Positions 1 to 10,628 are shown, numbered from the stretch's first letter. The stretch: 61,885 bases of DNA from an uncultured Hydrogenophaga sp. (GCA_964520365.1 CAZFOT010000001.1:1-61885); one strand, 5' to 3'. The notes: a model not told the origin generated them from the sequence alone. A program made the numbers and translations.

Positions 1-296
1 TGGTGGTGCCGATGAACGCGCTGCTGCAGCACCGCGGCCACAACCTGATGGGCGCGGGCCGCTCGATCGCGGTGCAGAACTTCAACGAACAGGCCTGCAT
101 CCTGGGCCTGGGCGCGCTCTACAGCATCTCCACCGCGGTGGGCTGGTCGGCCTTCATGGCCCTCACCGCCTTCGGCACGCTGGTGGCCGGGGTCATGGGC
201 CTGATCGCGCTCTGGCACCGCCACAACCAGCGCGTGCATCCGCACGAACTCGAGCGCCTGCTGGAGATCGCCCGGCGGGATGATCTCCATGGGTAA
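1..296 (+). CDS. lplT: Lysophospholipid transporter LplT (MFS), 3' part only
   Basis: C-terminal segment VVPMNALLQHRGHNLMGAGRSIAVQNFNEQ is typical of LplT; the ORF runs off the window start. Confidence 0.8.
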   Translation, partial: VVPMNALLQHRGHNLMGAGRSIAVQNFNEQACILGLGALYSISTAVGWSAFMALTAFGTLVAGVMGLIALWHRHNQRVHPHELERLLEIARRDDLHG

Positions 297-491
297 CCCC
301 CCGCGCCGCCTTCGGCGTCACCCCCCAGGGGGCGATGCGAGTGGCCCGGCAAAGCCGGTTCCACCGCATCCTGGAACAGGCATCTCACGCCGGAGAGGGA
401 GTTGATTCCAGAACAGCGCGGAACCGGCTTTGCCGGGCCGCTGCTGTTGCCCCCCTTCCAGGGGGGTGACGCCGCAGGCGGCGCGGGGGGT
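296..491. repeat. Pair of inverted ~80-85 bp REP-like elements between convergent genes
   Basis: 296-376 and the reverse complement of 406-491 share ACCCCCCGCGCCGCCT.CGGCGTCACCCCCC...GGCCCGGCAAAGCCGGTTCC...CTGGAA. Confidence 0.85.
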
Positions 492-1582
492 CATCCAATA
501 TTCGTCGGGGCGAAGCCGTTCAGGCTCACCAGCCGATGCTGGGCCAGCGCGCGGTACAGGTCGGCCTCGCCCACCGAGCGCGACAGATAGGCGTCGCTGC
601 CCGCCAGCCCCGCCTTCATGCGGTCCATGCTGCCGGCCGTGGGCGCGAACATGAACACCACCGGAGCGCCTTTCGGACCTTTCTTCTGCTTGGCCGAGCG
701 GCAGACCTGCAGCGCGTCGGGCTCACCGGCGAGGCGGTCGATGACAACCAGCCGATAGGCGTGGTTCTGCATCATCGCCAGCGCCTGCCTGGCTTCGCGC
801 GACCAGTCGATGGTCAGGCCGTATCTCTTGAACCGCTTGTGCAGGATGCGGCCCTCGACCAGGCTTTCGGCCACCAGCAGCATGTCGCCACGCGGCAACT
901 CCGGCAAGCCGGCCTGGTCGGCGCCGGGCGCCGGGCGGCTTGCCCGGCCGGATCGCTCGATGGGCCGCGGTGGCGGCGAGGGCAATTCGTCCAGCCCGCC
1001 AAAATCGGTCAGCCGCACCACGCCCGGACCCGCAGGCGGCGGCGCGGCGCGCGGCTCACGCCGCATGGGCCGCGTGACGGGAAAGCCCGAGTCGGCCGCT
1101 CTCCGCGCCGTCCTGAGCGCGGGCGCCGCGGCATGCTCGCCTGCCGCGCCCGAAGCACGCCCCGAACCCCCTGCCCTGCGCATGCTCTCGTCCAGCCCCT
1201 GCAGCAGCGAATCGCTGCGCGCCGCCGCCCCGGGCGAATCCTGGGAAACCGTCGCCGCCGGCCGGGCGCGGGCGGCACCGCGCACCAAGGCATCCAGGCC
1301 CGCCAGCACCGCCACCAGCCGCACCGGCTTGCGCTGCAGCGGCCAGCCCGTGCCGGCGTCGGAGTGACCCAGCAGCAGCACCCGGCCCGGCAGCCCGGCG
1401 TGGCGCACGAGGTTGACCGCCTGCGCGTTGTCGGCGTTGACGATCAGGAGCTGGGCGTCCGAAACCTCGTCCTGCACCAGATAAGCCGGAGGGCGGCGGG
1501 CGGCGAGACGGAAAAAAGACTCGAAGGTCGCAGATTCGCTTTGCGCAAACCCCACCAAGGCGACCGAGTAGGCAGCAGCCAT
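491..1582 (-). CDS. Atypical response-regulator-like protein (N-terminal degenerate receiver, Pro/Ala/Arg linker, C-terminal receiver)
   Basis: C-terminal LVVIDRLAGEPDALQVCR...DRMKAGLAGSDAYLS resembles PilG/PilH-type receivers; low-complexity linker. Confidence 0.65.
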   Translation of the reverse strand: MAAAYSVALVGFAQSESATFESFFRLAARRPPAYLVQDEVSDAQLLIVNADNAQAVNLVRHAGLPGRVLLLGHSDAGTGWPLQRKPVRLVAVLAGLDALVRGAARARPAATVSQDSPGAAARSDSLLQGLDESMRRAGGSGRASGAAGEHAAAPALRTARRAADSGFPVTRPMRREPRAAPPPAGPGVVRLTDFGGLDELPSPPPRPIERSGRASRPAPGADQAGLPELPRGDMLLVAESLVEGRILHKRFKRYGLTIDWSREARQALAMMQNHAYRLVVIDRLAGEPDALQVCRSAKQKKGPKGAPVVFMFAPTAGSMDRMKAGLAGSDAYLSRSVGEADLYRALAQHRLVSLNGFAPTNIG

Positions 1583-1748
1583 GCGTTTGTCTCAATGCCT
1601 GTAAACAAATTATTACGAATCAGTATGCCCGGGAATGCCCTCGTCTCAGCGTTGCGGCAAGACGCATGGGTGACACATTGCCCGCGGTTGGTGGTGTAGA
1701 GCCACAATGGTCCTTTTTTCTTTTTTGCAATCCATCCAGGAACCCGGC

Positions 1749-2234
<486 letters not shown>

Positions 2235-2287
2235 AGGGGGATGGAGGCCTCACGCCACGGAACCAGCCCCGCCGCCGGCCGCTTGCC

Positions 2288-2689
2288 CTACAACGCCCGC
2301 TCGGCGTAGCGGTTGAAGCGCCATGCATCCCCTTCGAGCGTGATGCGGCGCCAGGTGGCGCGCTTCTCGGCCGGACTCATCTCGGTCCAGCGCTGCACTT
2401 CCTCGAAATACCGCCCGCAGCCCTTGCACACCGCATCGCCCTGGCTGGTCGAGCAGATGGCGATGCATGGCGTGTCGGGCGTGCTCTCGAACCAGGCCAT
2501 CCACGCCGCGCGGGCCTCGGCGGGCAGCGTCGCCTCATCGGCCTCGGTCTCGTGAAAGTACACCAGCAGCGCGTACACCTCGGCCAGCGCACGCAGCTCC
2601 CTGGCCAACGACACCCCATCCGGCGAGGGTGAGCGCTCACGCCAGAAATTGATCGCGGCCTCGATGTCGGTGATATGGATGCCGGCCAT
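2288..2689 (-). CDS. DUF3717-like protein with C-terminal Cys-rich DUF1289-like segment
   Basis: IHITDIEAAINFWR N-terminus; TPCIAICSTSQGDAVCKGCGR C-terminus. Confidence 0.75.
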   Translation of the reverse strand: MAGIHITDIEAAINFWRERSPSPDGVSLARELRALAEVYALLVYFHETEADEATLPAEARAAWMAWFESTPDTPCIAICSTSQGDAVCKGCGRYFEEVQRWTEMSPAEKRATWRRITLEGDAWRFNRYAERAL

Positions 2690-2814
2690 GGGGTGTGGAT
2701 CATAGCCAGTCCGGCCCTTCGATGAGCACCTCGGCTGGCAGAACCCGCCCCGCCTTGTGGTAACTGCGTACCCGCCGCCACGGCTGCAGGCCGCGGCAGA
2801 CCGGTACAATCGCA

Positions 2815-2970
2815 AGTCTCGAAGGGGAGTAGCTCTCCGATCCAGCGCAGAAGGGCCGCAACGCCCGTCATCGATGGACACTCGGGTTGTCGTCAATACG
2901 AAGCCTCCGGCTTCCGGCGACCCGGGCCCGGCGATTCCATCGCCAGGCTGAGCCAGACCTTTGGTGGACC
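2815..2970 (+). ncRNA. yybP-ykoY (Mn2+-sensing) riboswitch
   Basis: AAGGGGAGTAGC (~2822), GTCGTCAATACG (~2890) and AGACCTT (~2955) occur in consensus order upstream of a TerC gene; ends approximate. Confidence 0.85.
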
Positions 2971-3147
2971 TCCACGGGCCGATCAAGGCTTGTCCATCCC
3001 CTTCGCCAGCGCGGTTGCGCCATCGCGGGCAGATGAACAGCGCCTTCCGATCACCATGGGGGGTCGAGACACGAGAAGGCCGGGTGGACGGCAATGGCGA
3101 GAGTGCCTCGCGTCCTGCCCTTTTGCACAAACGACAACGAGGAATTT

Positions 3148-3900
3148 ATGGATTTCCTGACATCGCCTGCGTTCTGGGTCGCGCTGGGACAAATCATCAT
3201 CATCGACATCCTGCTGGGCGGCGACAACGCGGTCGTGATCGCGCTGGCCTGCCGCAAGCTGCCGCCCGCCCAGCGCACCAAGGGCATCATCTGGGGCACC
3301 GCGGGCGCCATCGTCCTGCGCGTCATCCTGATCGCCTTCGCGATGACGCTGCTCAACATCCCCTTCCTCAAGCTCGTCGGCGCCATCCTGCTGGTGTGGA
3401 TCGGCGTCAAGCTGCTGGCTCCCGATGAAGACGGGCACGGTGACGTGCAAGGCAGCGACAAGCTGCTGGCCGCCATCAAGACCATCATCGTGGCCGACCT
3501 GGTGATGAGCGTGGACAACGTCATCGCCATCGCCGGGGCCGCGCAGAACGCGGGCGAGCACTCGATGCTGCTGGTGGTGCTGGGCCTGCTGATCTCCATC
3601 CCCATCATCGTCTGGGGCAGCACGATGGTCATCAAGCTGATGGCGCGCTTCCCCATCATCATCACCCTGGGCGGCATGCTGCTGGGCTGGATTGCCGGCG
3701 GCATGCTGGTCACCGACCCCGCCTTCGTCAACCCCGACAAGTGGCTGTGGATGCCCAAGCTGGGCACGGTGGATGCGCAGGGCCTGGCGGTCATCTCCAC
3801 CACGCTGTACTGGGCCGCGCACGTCGCGGGCGCGCTGCTGGTGCTGGCGCTGGGCAAGTGGATCGCTGCCCGCCGTCCGCCGGTCACGCACGAAGCCTGA
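3148..3900 (+). CDS. TerC family membrane protein
   Basis: DILLGGDNAVVIALA and IIVADLVMSVDNVIAIA motifs; GAGGA RBS. Confidence 0.92.
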   Translation: MDFLTSPAFWVALGQIIIIDILLGGDNAVVIALACRKLPPAQRTKGIIWGTAGAIVLRVILIAFAMTLLNIPFLKLVGAILLVWIGVKLLAPDEDGHGDVQGSDKLLAAIKTIIVADLVMSVDNVIAIAGAAQNAGEHSMLLVVLGLLISIPIIVWGSTMVIKLMARFPIIITLGGMLLGWIAGGMLVTDPAFVNPDKWLWMPKLGTVDAQGLAVISTTLYWAAHVAGALLVLALGKWIAARRPPVTHEA

Positions 3901-3920
3901 TCGAAATAGCCCCGTCTCCC

Positions 3921-3961
3921 CGAAAGGGCGGTGTCCGCAAGGGCATCGCCCTTTCGCTTTT
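3921..3961 (+). terminator. Probable intrinsic terminator after terC
   Basis: CGAAAGGGCGGTGTCC-GCAA-GGGCATCGCCCTTTCG hairpin followed by CTTTT. Confidence 0.6.
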
Positions 3962-3997
3962 CGAGCGAGCACAACCGCCGGCTGGTATGCTGCCAGC

Positions 3998-4348
3998 ATG
4001 AAACTGATCGCCAAATGGCTGCTCGCCGCCTGCGCCCTGCTGCTGGTCGCCTACATCTATCCCGGGGTGCAATTGCAGGGCTATGGCGTGGCCCTGGTGG
4101 CCGCGGCCATCATCGGCCTGTTCAACGTGCTGCTGCGCCCGGTGCTGGTCATCCTCACGCTGCCGGTCACCATCGTCACGCTCGGCCTGTTCCTGTTCGT
4201 GATCAACGCGCTGCTGTTCTGGGCCGCTTCCGGCCTGCTGAGCGGCTTCGGCGTCAACGGCTTCTGGGCCGCGATGCTGGGCTCGGTGATCTACTCGCTG
4301 CTGATGCTGGTGGTGGACGCCGCGGTGCGCGCCATCTTTCCGGGCTGA
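3998..4348 (+). CDS. 4-TM membrane protein (YvlD / 'phage holin family' superfamily IV)
   Basis: GLFNVLLRPVLVILTLPVTIVTLGLFLFVINA signature. Confidence 0.85.
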   Translation: MKLIAKWLLAACALLLVAYIYPGVQLQGYGVALVAAAIIGLFNVLLRPVLVILTLPVTIVTLGLFLFVINALLFWAASGLLSGFGVNGFWAAMLGSVIYSLLMLVVDAAVRAIFPG

Positions 4349-4378
4349 ATCGGGCCGCGAAGCGGCGCAAGGGGCGCT

Positions 4379-6034
4379 TCAGCTCCCCGGTTCTTCCATC
4401 TCGAACTCGCGCAGCATGCGCTCGACGTCGCGGCGGCGGCTGTCGACGATGGCCATGGTCATGGGGTCGGCGTTGCGCACCGCGACCGGCTGCGCCTGCG
4501 CGCCCCGATAGCGCTCCAGCGCGCCGGCAAAGTCCAGGTGCGCGACCCGCGATTCGGCCTCGGCCCGGATCGCGCGCAGGGTCTGGCCCTGGGCCTGGTG
4601 CACGCGCGCCAGCGTTTCCCAGGCCAGCGCGTCGCGCGGATGGATCACCACCCAGCTTTGCAGGCGCGACTCCGCCAGCCGGGGCTCGCGGGTGGCAATG
4701 GCCGCCTGCGCGCCCAGCATCAACAAAGCCCGGTTGCCGCTGCCCAGGGCCTGGTCACGCAAGGTCTTGAGCAGCTCGGCGGATGCCACGGCGGGAGCGG
4801 TGGCGGCCGAACCCCGGCCAGGTGCCAGCAACAGTTCGATCAACAGGGCGTCCACCACCCAGCGCACCTCCGGCCCCACCTGCTCGCGCAGCGCCTGTGC
4901 CAGTTCGAGCGCCAGCGCCGGCTGGCCCAGGCGCTGCGCCGACCAGGCGGCCGCGTACCGGTCTGCCGGCGACGCCCGAGGCCCGCGGCCGTTCTGCAGC
5001 CACGCGCCCATGCGATCCGTGCCCTTCTCGGCCAGCACGCGGGCGCGGGCCGCCATCAGCGGATGCAGGGCGGGCGGCAGTTGCCCCGATGCGCCCGATG
5101 CCCTGGGCAGATCGAGCACCAGTGCGCCCGATGGCGAGGTGGCGGCCGGCTCGCGCAGCGGTCCCGCGCCGACGACCCCTGAGGCGGCAGGCGCTGCCGC
5201 CAGCGGCAGGCGGGCGCGCATGTCGGCAATGCGCTCGCTGTTGAGCGGGTGGCTGCGCAGGTAGGGAAAGCCGCCGTCGTCATTCAGGCGCGAAGCCTGC
5301 TGCAGCTTGTCGAACATGGTCACGAAAGCCTGGCCGTCGAAACCCGCGCCCGTCATCACGCCGAAGCCGACACGGTCGGCCTCGCGCTCCATGTCGCGCG
5401 AGAAGTTCAATTGCGTCTGCGCCGCCACCGCCTGGCTGCCCATGATGGCGGCGTTGGCCACGTCGGTGTTGGCGCGCGCGGCGAGCGCGCCCAGGATCAG
5501 GGCACCCAGCATCCACGGCGCCATCTTGTCCTGGCGCGTGAGCATGCGCGCGATGTGGCGCTGAGACACGTGGCTGAGTTCGTGGGCCATCACCGAGGCC
5601 AGTTCGCCGGTGGTGTCGGTCACCGCGATCAGCCCCAGGTTCACGCCCAGATAGCCGCCAGGCAGCGCGAACGCATTCACGCGCCGGTCGCGCGAAATCA
5701 TCAGTTCCCAGGCCATGCGTTCGGCCAGCTCGGGCGGCACTTCGCCGCGCGAGCGCGCCGCGCCGAGCAGCGGCTGCCAGATCAACTGCAGATAGTCGCC
5801 CAGCACCGGGTCGTCCAGGTAATCCGGGTCGCGGTAGATGTCGCGCGCGATGCGGTCGCCCAGGCGCCGCTCGGCCGCGATCGACATGCCCTGCACGTCG
5901 CCCAGGCTGGGCAGGTTGGCGGTGGTCTGCGCGCCAGCCCACGTCCCGGGCAGCAGCGCCAGCGAGGCGGCCAGCAGGGTCGATATCCAGCGGCGGGACG
6001 CGGAGGTGGAAAGCAGGGGTGTGGGAACGCTCAT
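4379..6034 (-). CDS. M48 metallopeptidase, BepA/YfgC-like
   Basis: Signal peptide, NAFALPGG, HELSH, FSRDMEREADRVG and SHP motifs, TPR-like tail. Confidence 0.9.
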   Translation of the reverse strand: MSVPTPLLSTSASRRWISTLLAASLALLPGTWAGAQTTANLPSLGDVQGMSIAAERRLGDRIARDIYRDPDYLDDPVLGDYLQLIWQPLLGAARSRGEVPPELAERMAWELMISRDRRVNAFALPGGYLGVNLGLIAVTDTTGELASVMAHELSHVSQRHIARMLTRQDKMAPWMLGALILGALAARANTDVANAAIMGSQAVAAQTQLNFSRDMEREADRVGFGVMTGAGFDGQAFVTMFDKLQQASRLNDDGGFPYLRSHPLNSERIADMRARLPLAAAPAASGVVGAGPLREPAATSPSGALVLDLPRASGASGQLPPALHPLMAARARVLAEKGTDRMGAWLQNGRGPRASPADRYAAAWSAQRLGQPALALELAQALREQVGPEVRWVVDALLIELLLAPGRGSAATAPAVASAELLKTLRDQALGSGNRALLMLGAQAAIATREPRLAESRLQSWVVIHPRDALAWETLARVHQAQGQTLRAIRAEAESRVAHLDFAGALERYRGAQAQPVAVRNADPMTMAIVDSRRRDVERMLREFEMEEPGS

Positions 6035-6092
6035 CGCCGTATGATGCCGCCAACCCGGCGAGGTTTCCGTAAAGCACGCGCAAAGTCAATCC

Positions 6093-6605
6093 ATGACACC
6101 ACCCAAGACCGCTTCCAGCACCGCGACCGCAAGCCCGCTAACCCACTTCGACGCCCAGGGCCAGGCCCACATGGTGGACGTGGCGGCCAAGGCCCACACC
6201 CACCGCGTCGCGGTGGCCGAAGGCCTGATCACCATGGCGCCCGCCACGCTGGCGCTGATCCGCAGCGGCAGCGCCAAAAAGGGCGACGTGCTCGGCATCG
6301 CCCGCATCGCGGGCATCCAAGGCGCCAAGCGCACCAGCGAGCTCATCCCCCTGTGCCACCCGATCGCGCTGACCCGGGTGGCGGTGGATTTCGAACTCCT
6401 GCCCGAGACGCATGCCGTTCGCTGCCGGGCCACGGCCGAATGCACGGGCCAGACCGGCGTGGAAATGGAAGCCCTGACGGCCACCAGCGTGGCCCTGCTC
6501 ACGATCTACGACATGTGCAAGGCGGCCGACCGCGGCATGACCATCACCGGCGTGAGATTGCGGGAGAAGCGCGGGGGCAAGAGCGGGGATTTCGTCGCGA
6601 GGTGA
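6093..6605 (+). CDS. moaC: Cyclic pyranopterin monophosphate synthase MoaC
   Basis: [31 protein letters not shown] and IYDMCKA motifs. Confidence 0.97.
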   Translation: MTPPKTASSTATASPLTHFDAQGQAHMVDVAAKAHTHRVAVAEGLITMAPATLALIRSGSAKKGDVLGIARIAGIQGAKRTSELIPLCHPIALTRVAVDFELLPETHAVRCRATAECTGQTGVEMEALTATSVALLTIYDMCKAADRGMTITGVRLREKRGGKSGDFVAR

Positions 6606-6635
6606 CGGTGACGCTCCCGCCTACTCGCACAACCC

Positions 6636-8117
6636 TCAGCTCTGCCGCTGCTTGAGGAGGGGGCGAATTGCTCGCAACAGCAATGGGGCGTACAACAATG
6701 AAACTATCACCCCCAAAATCAGCAATTGGGCAGCAGGGTGCTGCGCCGCAAACCATGGCACGCCATTCGCCAGCAGCAATCCGGCACCAGATACCAATGA
6801 CAACAGGACGAGCATGGCCAACTCCATGCGAAGGTTGCGCAAGCCCATCCTCCGACCCAGGATCTGGCTTGTCATGGTTCTGGCCACTTCGCTCATTACC
6901 ACTACGACAGCCGCGACCATCACACCCCACTCGAACATCGCCAACGGCACGATCAACACAGCAAAAGCCACTACCTTGACGGTGCTGGCCATGGCGGCCC
7001 AATCGGATCGCCCGGCCGCAAGGAATGCGGCGCCATACATGGCCTCCAGGCAACTGAACCATGCCCCAACCGCCAGTATCGGCAAGAACCATTTCGCTTG
7101 GGCATAGCGCTCATCGTAAGCCCATTCAAAAAGACTTCCCGCGCCCACAATCAACAATGTGACCAGATAAGTGGACAGTACCAATATGGAGAACTTGGTC
7201 TTCTGGAAAGCATCGGGCAATGCCATACCGTCGTCGAGCATCCGGGAATACCAGGGAAAGACGACGGCGCCCTGCAAATGGCCGACCAGCGTGGGCACCA
7301 CCATGGCCAGACTGACGGCAATCGAGTACACGCCCACCTCCGCCAGAGAATACATGGCTGCAAACGTCAAGCGATCGATCTGCATGGCCAGAAACGAAAG
7401 CAGGGTGCTCAAGAAGATCCATTTCCCAAAGGAAACGATCGATCGCACCGCAACCGGCTCCAGCACGAAACGGGCGCGCGGTCCTGGCAGCAGCCAGTAG
7501 CTCAGAACAGCATGCAATGCCGCAGACAACACCCCCGCGATCGCCAGCCCATAGACGGAGCGGGAATACCAGACCAGTCCCAGCATGAGAATGGCGTTGG
7601 CAATCAACACAACGACTTCGATGCGCGTCAGCTCAGCGACCTGCATGTGCCGGGCCGCCGTGAGCATGCGCGGGGACTTCAGGCCGTCAAACAATGCAGT
7701 CAACGCCACCAGCGGAATCAGCCACCGCAGTTCGTGGGCCATGGGATCGTTGGCACCATAAAAGGCCGCGAACGGCCACGCCAGCGCCGTGGCCGCCAGG
7801 GTCAGGATCACACCCCGGATGACCTGCATGGTCCAGGCCGTGTTCAGAAAACCGGGCTCATCCCCCCTAGGACTCCGGGTCACGTTCGGCTGCAGCCCGA
7901 TGTCGGAGAACATCGCCAAGCCGATCATGACGGCCGAGACCAAGGCCATGAGGGCAAATGCCTCCTCGAACAGCAGCGCCGCCAGCACGATGTTCATGCC
8001 CAGGCGCAGCACCTGGCTCCCGCCAAAGGCACCGACAATCCAGACCGTTCCGGAACGGGCCTTGGCATTCAGGGAAGATCGATCCTGCCCAGGAGCCGTG
8101 GGAATGGAGGTGTTCAC
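6636..8117 (-). CDS. wzx: Oligosaccharide flippase (Wzx)
   Basis: MFSDIGL, FLNTAWTMQVIRG and FGKWIFLST motifs; many TM segments; GTG start overlaps the upstream stop (GTGA). Confidence 0.85.
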   Translation of the reverse strand: MNTSIPTAPGQDRSSLNAKARSGTVWIVGAFGGSQVLRLGMNIVLAALLFEEAFALMALVSAVMIGLAMFSDIGLQPNVTRSPRGDEPGFLNTAWTMQVIRGVILTLAATALAWPFAAFYGANDPMAHELRWLIPLVALTALFDGLKSPRMLTAARHMQVAELTRIEVVVLIANAILMLGLVWYSRSVYGLAIAGVLSAALHAVLSYWLLPGPRARFVLEPVAVRSIVSFGKWIFLSTLLSFLAMQIDRLTFAAMYSLAEVGVYSIAVSLAMVVPTLVGHLQGAVVFPWYSRMLDDGMALPDAFQKTKFSILVLSTYLVTLLIVGAGSLFEWAYDERYAQAKWFLPILAVGAWFSCLEAMYGAAFLAAGRSDWAAMASTVKVVAFAVLIVPLAMFEWGVMVAAVVVVMSEVARTMTSQILGRRMGLRNLRMELAMLVLLSLVSGAGLLLANGVPWFAAQHPAAQLLILGVIVSLLYAPLLLRAIRPLLKQRQS

Positions 8118-9625
8118 GATCCCGAGACCTTGTTCGGCTTGTGGCCCATTTCTTTCATTGCCAGGGCATAGGCCACGCAAAGACCCAACATGGACCAGTA
8201 CACCACGGGAATAACCGAGATGCTGCTGACCGTATAGATGATCAGCATGATGGACGCCAGCGTGGCCAGCAGAGCGCGGCCCAGCACCGCAGCACCGGGA
8301 TCGCACCGCCGCGCGATGCGCGCACCTCGCCGAAGTTGTAGCAGGGCCAACAAGAACGCCCCGGCAAAAAACACCAGGCCTGCCAGACCAGCGTGGAGCG
8401 CAACGCCCACATAGCTGTTCACAACGTCAATGATGCCGTCGCCCTGGATCATCACTTGCAGTTCAGGGGCATCCAAGAAATCCCCCGAACCGAACAGCAA
8501 GCTGCGCCCGATGACCGGCAGCGCTGTCGTCAGGAGATCGGCGCGGTACTCCACATTTTCCTGCTCGATACTGCCAATCACGGGCAGCATGTCGATCAGA
8601 CGCTGGCCACTTGGCAGCTGATCGAGTGCCAGCAACACCACCGCACCGGCCAGCACCAGCCGAACCAGTTGCCTGACAGGTCTCGGCCCCATGATGATGA
8701 AGGCGATCACCAGGAAAAACCCACCAACCCAAGGGCCACGCGAGAGTGAGGCCACAATGCCCGCAATCAGCAGGCCCATGCCCAGCCAACGGTTAAGAGG
8801 CTTGATCACAAAATCCTTGAGATAGAGGAAGAAACCCAGCCCCACCACCAACACGTACCCAAGCACGATCGAGTCGCCCACTGTCGCGTTGGGGCGAAGA
8901 AGACCCGAGCGCATCAAGTAACTGCGGAACGGATCTTCGCTCAGCCCCAGGGCAACCAATGCGCTGGGGTAAATTTTCCACGTCCGAAGCACCTCGAAAA
9001 TACCCACCAAGGCCAAGATCATGGCAGCAAGAACATAGCCCGTCAGCGCATGGCGCAGGCCCTCCATGCTGCGTATGCTCCTGCTGGCCACGTAATAGGG
9101 CAGGAAAATGTCTATCCAGACCGAGAAGGCTGCCCGCATGGCGCTGGTGACATTGCCGTCTCGAAACGCAAGCATTGACAAGAGGCACGCATAGCCTAGC
9201 ACCATCCAGTCCACCGGCGAGCTTCCCAGGCGCGGGGTGGAAGACCGTTGAAACAGCGAAATGGCAGTGGGAAGGAGCAGAGTCAATCCCAGCAGCCGAT
9301 AGTGGTCCAGAACCCAGAAGTGATCCAGAATGCCAAAACCAGGAATCACCACCGGTGCGGGCGGCGCCACGAACAGCACGACAAAGTACAGGCCCATCAC
9401 GTGCGCCTCCCGGCGTCGATAGGCCAGAAGGAGGCCCACCAGCAGCGCGATGCAGACCCAGATGTTGTGCGAAAGGAACAGCACCAGCGTCGACAAGAGC
9501 CAGAGGTTTCGCCAGCGCCCGAAGGTGTCTCCGGACACCAATGGCAAGACGGCAGCTCGGGTGGCATGGAACAGGCCGAAACCCAGTGTGAAAACCACCA
9601 CCAGCGCGCGCAGATGTTCAGGCAT
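8114..9625 (-). CDS. O-antigen ligase/polymerase family protein (probable Wzy)
   Basis: Multi-TM protein with SLSRGPW and DVVNSYVGVALHAGLAG motifs; lies in an operon with Wzx/Wzc/Wza. Confidence 0.8.
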   Translation of the reverse strand: MPEHLRALVVVFTLGFGLFHATRAAVLPLVSGDTFGRWRNLWLLSTLVLFLSHNIWVCIALLVGLLLAYRRREAHVMGLYFVVLFVAPPAPVVIPGFGILDHFWVLDHYRLLGLTLLLPTAISLFQRSSTPRLGSSPVDWMVLGYACLLSMLAFRDGNVTSAMRAAFSVWIDIFLPYYVASRSIRSMEGLRHALTGYVLAAMILALVGIFEVLRTWKIYPSALVALGLSEDPFRSYLMRSGLLRPNATVGDSIVLGYVLVVGLGFFLYLKDFVIKPLNRWLGMGLLIAGIVASLSRGPWVGGFFLVIAFIIMGPRPVRQLVRLVLAGAVVLLALDQLPSGQRLIDMLPVIGSIEQENVEYRADLLTTALPVIGRSLLFGSGDFLDAPELQVMIQGDGIIDVVNSYVGVALHAGLAGLVFFAGAFLLALLQLRRGARIARRCDPGAAVLGRALLATLASIMLIIYTVSSISVIPVVYWSMLGLCVAYALAMKEMGHKPNKVSGS

Positions 9626-9774
9626 GTCCTATAAGCCTCATGCCGCAGCCTTCGCGTCGAATGGTGAAACGGGCACGGGGTGTCAAGGGCAGGCAGCGTG
9701 ACTGCGAGAGGGAAGGAGATACAGAGACATGAAATGGATTCCGATGGTCAGCACGCCATCTTCAACCCAACATT

Positions 9775-10614
9775 TCAGTAGTGATAGTAGGCATTTTGAA
9801 CGGGTGCCTCGTCCTTGTTCAACGCCACGCCCAGCAGGTTCGCTTTCGAGAGCCGGTTCATGGCTTCTTCGATCTCCACCTTGGTGGAAGCCCCACTTCC
9901 GACGACCATCAGCACGCAGTCGATGCGCGGCAGCACGGCCATCACATCGTCCGCCACCAGCACCGGAGGCAGGTCGAAGATCACGATGCGGTCACCATAG
10001 CGCTCCCGCAAATCGGTGATGAGGTTGGCGACCTTGGACGAGGACAGCACTTCCGAGGCATGGGGCACATGGTGGTTGGTCGGCAAGACAACGAAGCGCT
10101 CCATGTCCGGATTGACCAACGCCTCACCAATCTCGGCTTGACCGGCAAGCACATCGTTCAACGACACCGGCCGATCCAGGCCGAGCGAGCGGGCGACGCT
10201 GGGACGGCGCAAGTCAAAATCGACGAGCAACGCCGTGCGGTGGGTCTGCTGGGCGATGCTCATGGCGAGATTGATGGCGATCACCGTCTTGCCCGACTCG
10301 ACGCTGGGGGACGTGATGGCCAGGGTTCGCCAGCCGTTTTCGTCCATCTTCTGCAGCACCTGGGTGCGCAACACGTCGAACGCCCAGCTTGTCGTGTGCG
10401 TCTTCTGATGAGCGATCACGCGGTGGCGCTCAAGGTGCACGGGATCCAGTTCTACCACGGCCGTTCGCTCGTATTGCACGGACACGGGGTCGATCAAAGG
10501 CGCGGGCCCAGCTACGGCTGCCGACGCCCGGCCGGTTTCATGCAGCGAGTGGACCACGGCCATGCCGCCATCGCCGGCCTTGGCCTTCTCAATCGCGATC
10601 TTGATGCGTTCCAT
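9775..10614 (-). CDS. CpsD/CapB-type BY-kinase (stand-alone Wzc kinase domain)
   Basis: Walker A SPSVESGKT, LLVDFDLRRP, VIFDLPP and C-terminal Tyr cluster AYYHY. Confidence 0.9.
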   Translation of the reverse strand: MERIKIAIEKAKAGDGGMAVVHSLHETGRASAAVAGPAPLIDPVSVQYERTAVVELDPVHLERHRVIAHQKTHTTSWAFDVLRTQVLQKMDENGWRTLAITSPSVESGKTVIAINLAMSIAQQTHRTALLVDFDLRRPSVARSLGLDRPVSLNDVLAGQAEIGEALVNPDMERFVVLPTNHHVPHASEVLSSSKVANLITDLRERYGDRIVIFDLPPVLVADDVMAVLPRIDCVLMVVGSGASTKVEIEEAMNRLSKANLLGVALNKDEAPVQNAYYHY

Positions 10615-10628
10615 ATGGACAGTTACTC

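Noticed and set aside
296..491. CRISPR array
   Set aside because: Only two inverted copies, no repeat-spacer periodicity and no cas genes
3998..4348. 'Phage holin' as evidence of a prophage
   Set aside because: This 4-TM family is common in core genomes and no phage genes are nearby
8114..9625. Pilin O-oligosaccharyltransferase PglL
   Set aside because: Coupled to wzx in the wza-wzc operon and lacking an obvious PglL C-terminal extension; a polymerase role fits better, though an HMM check is needed
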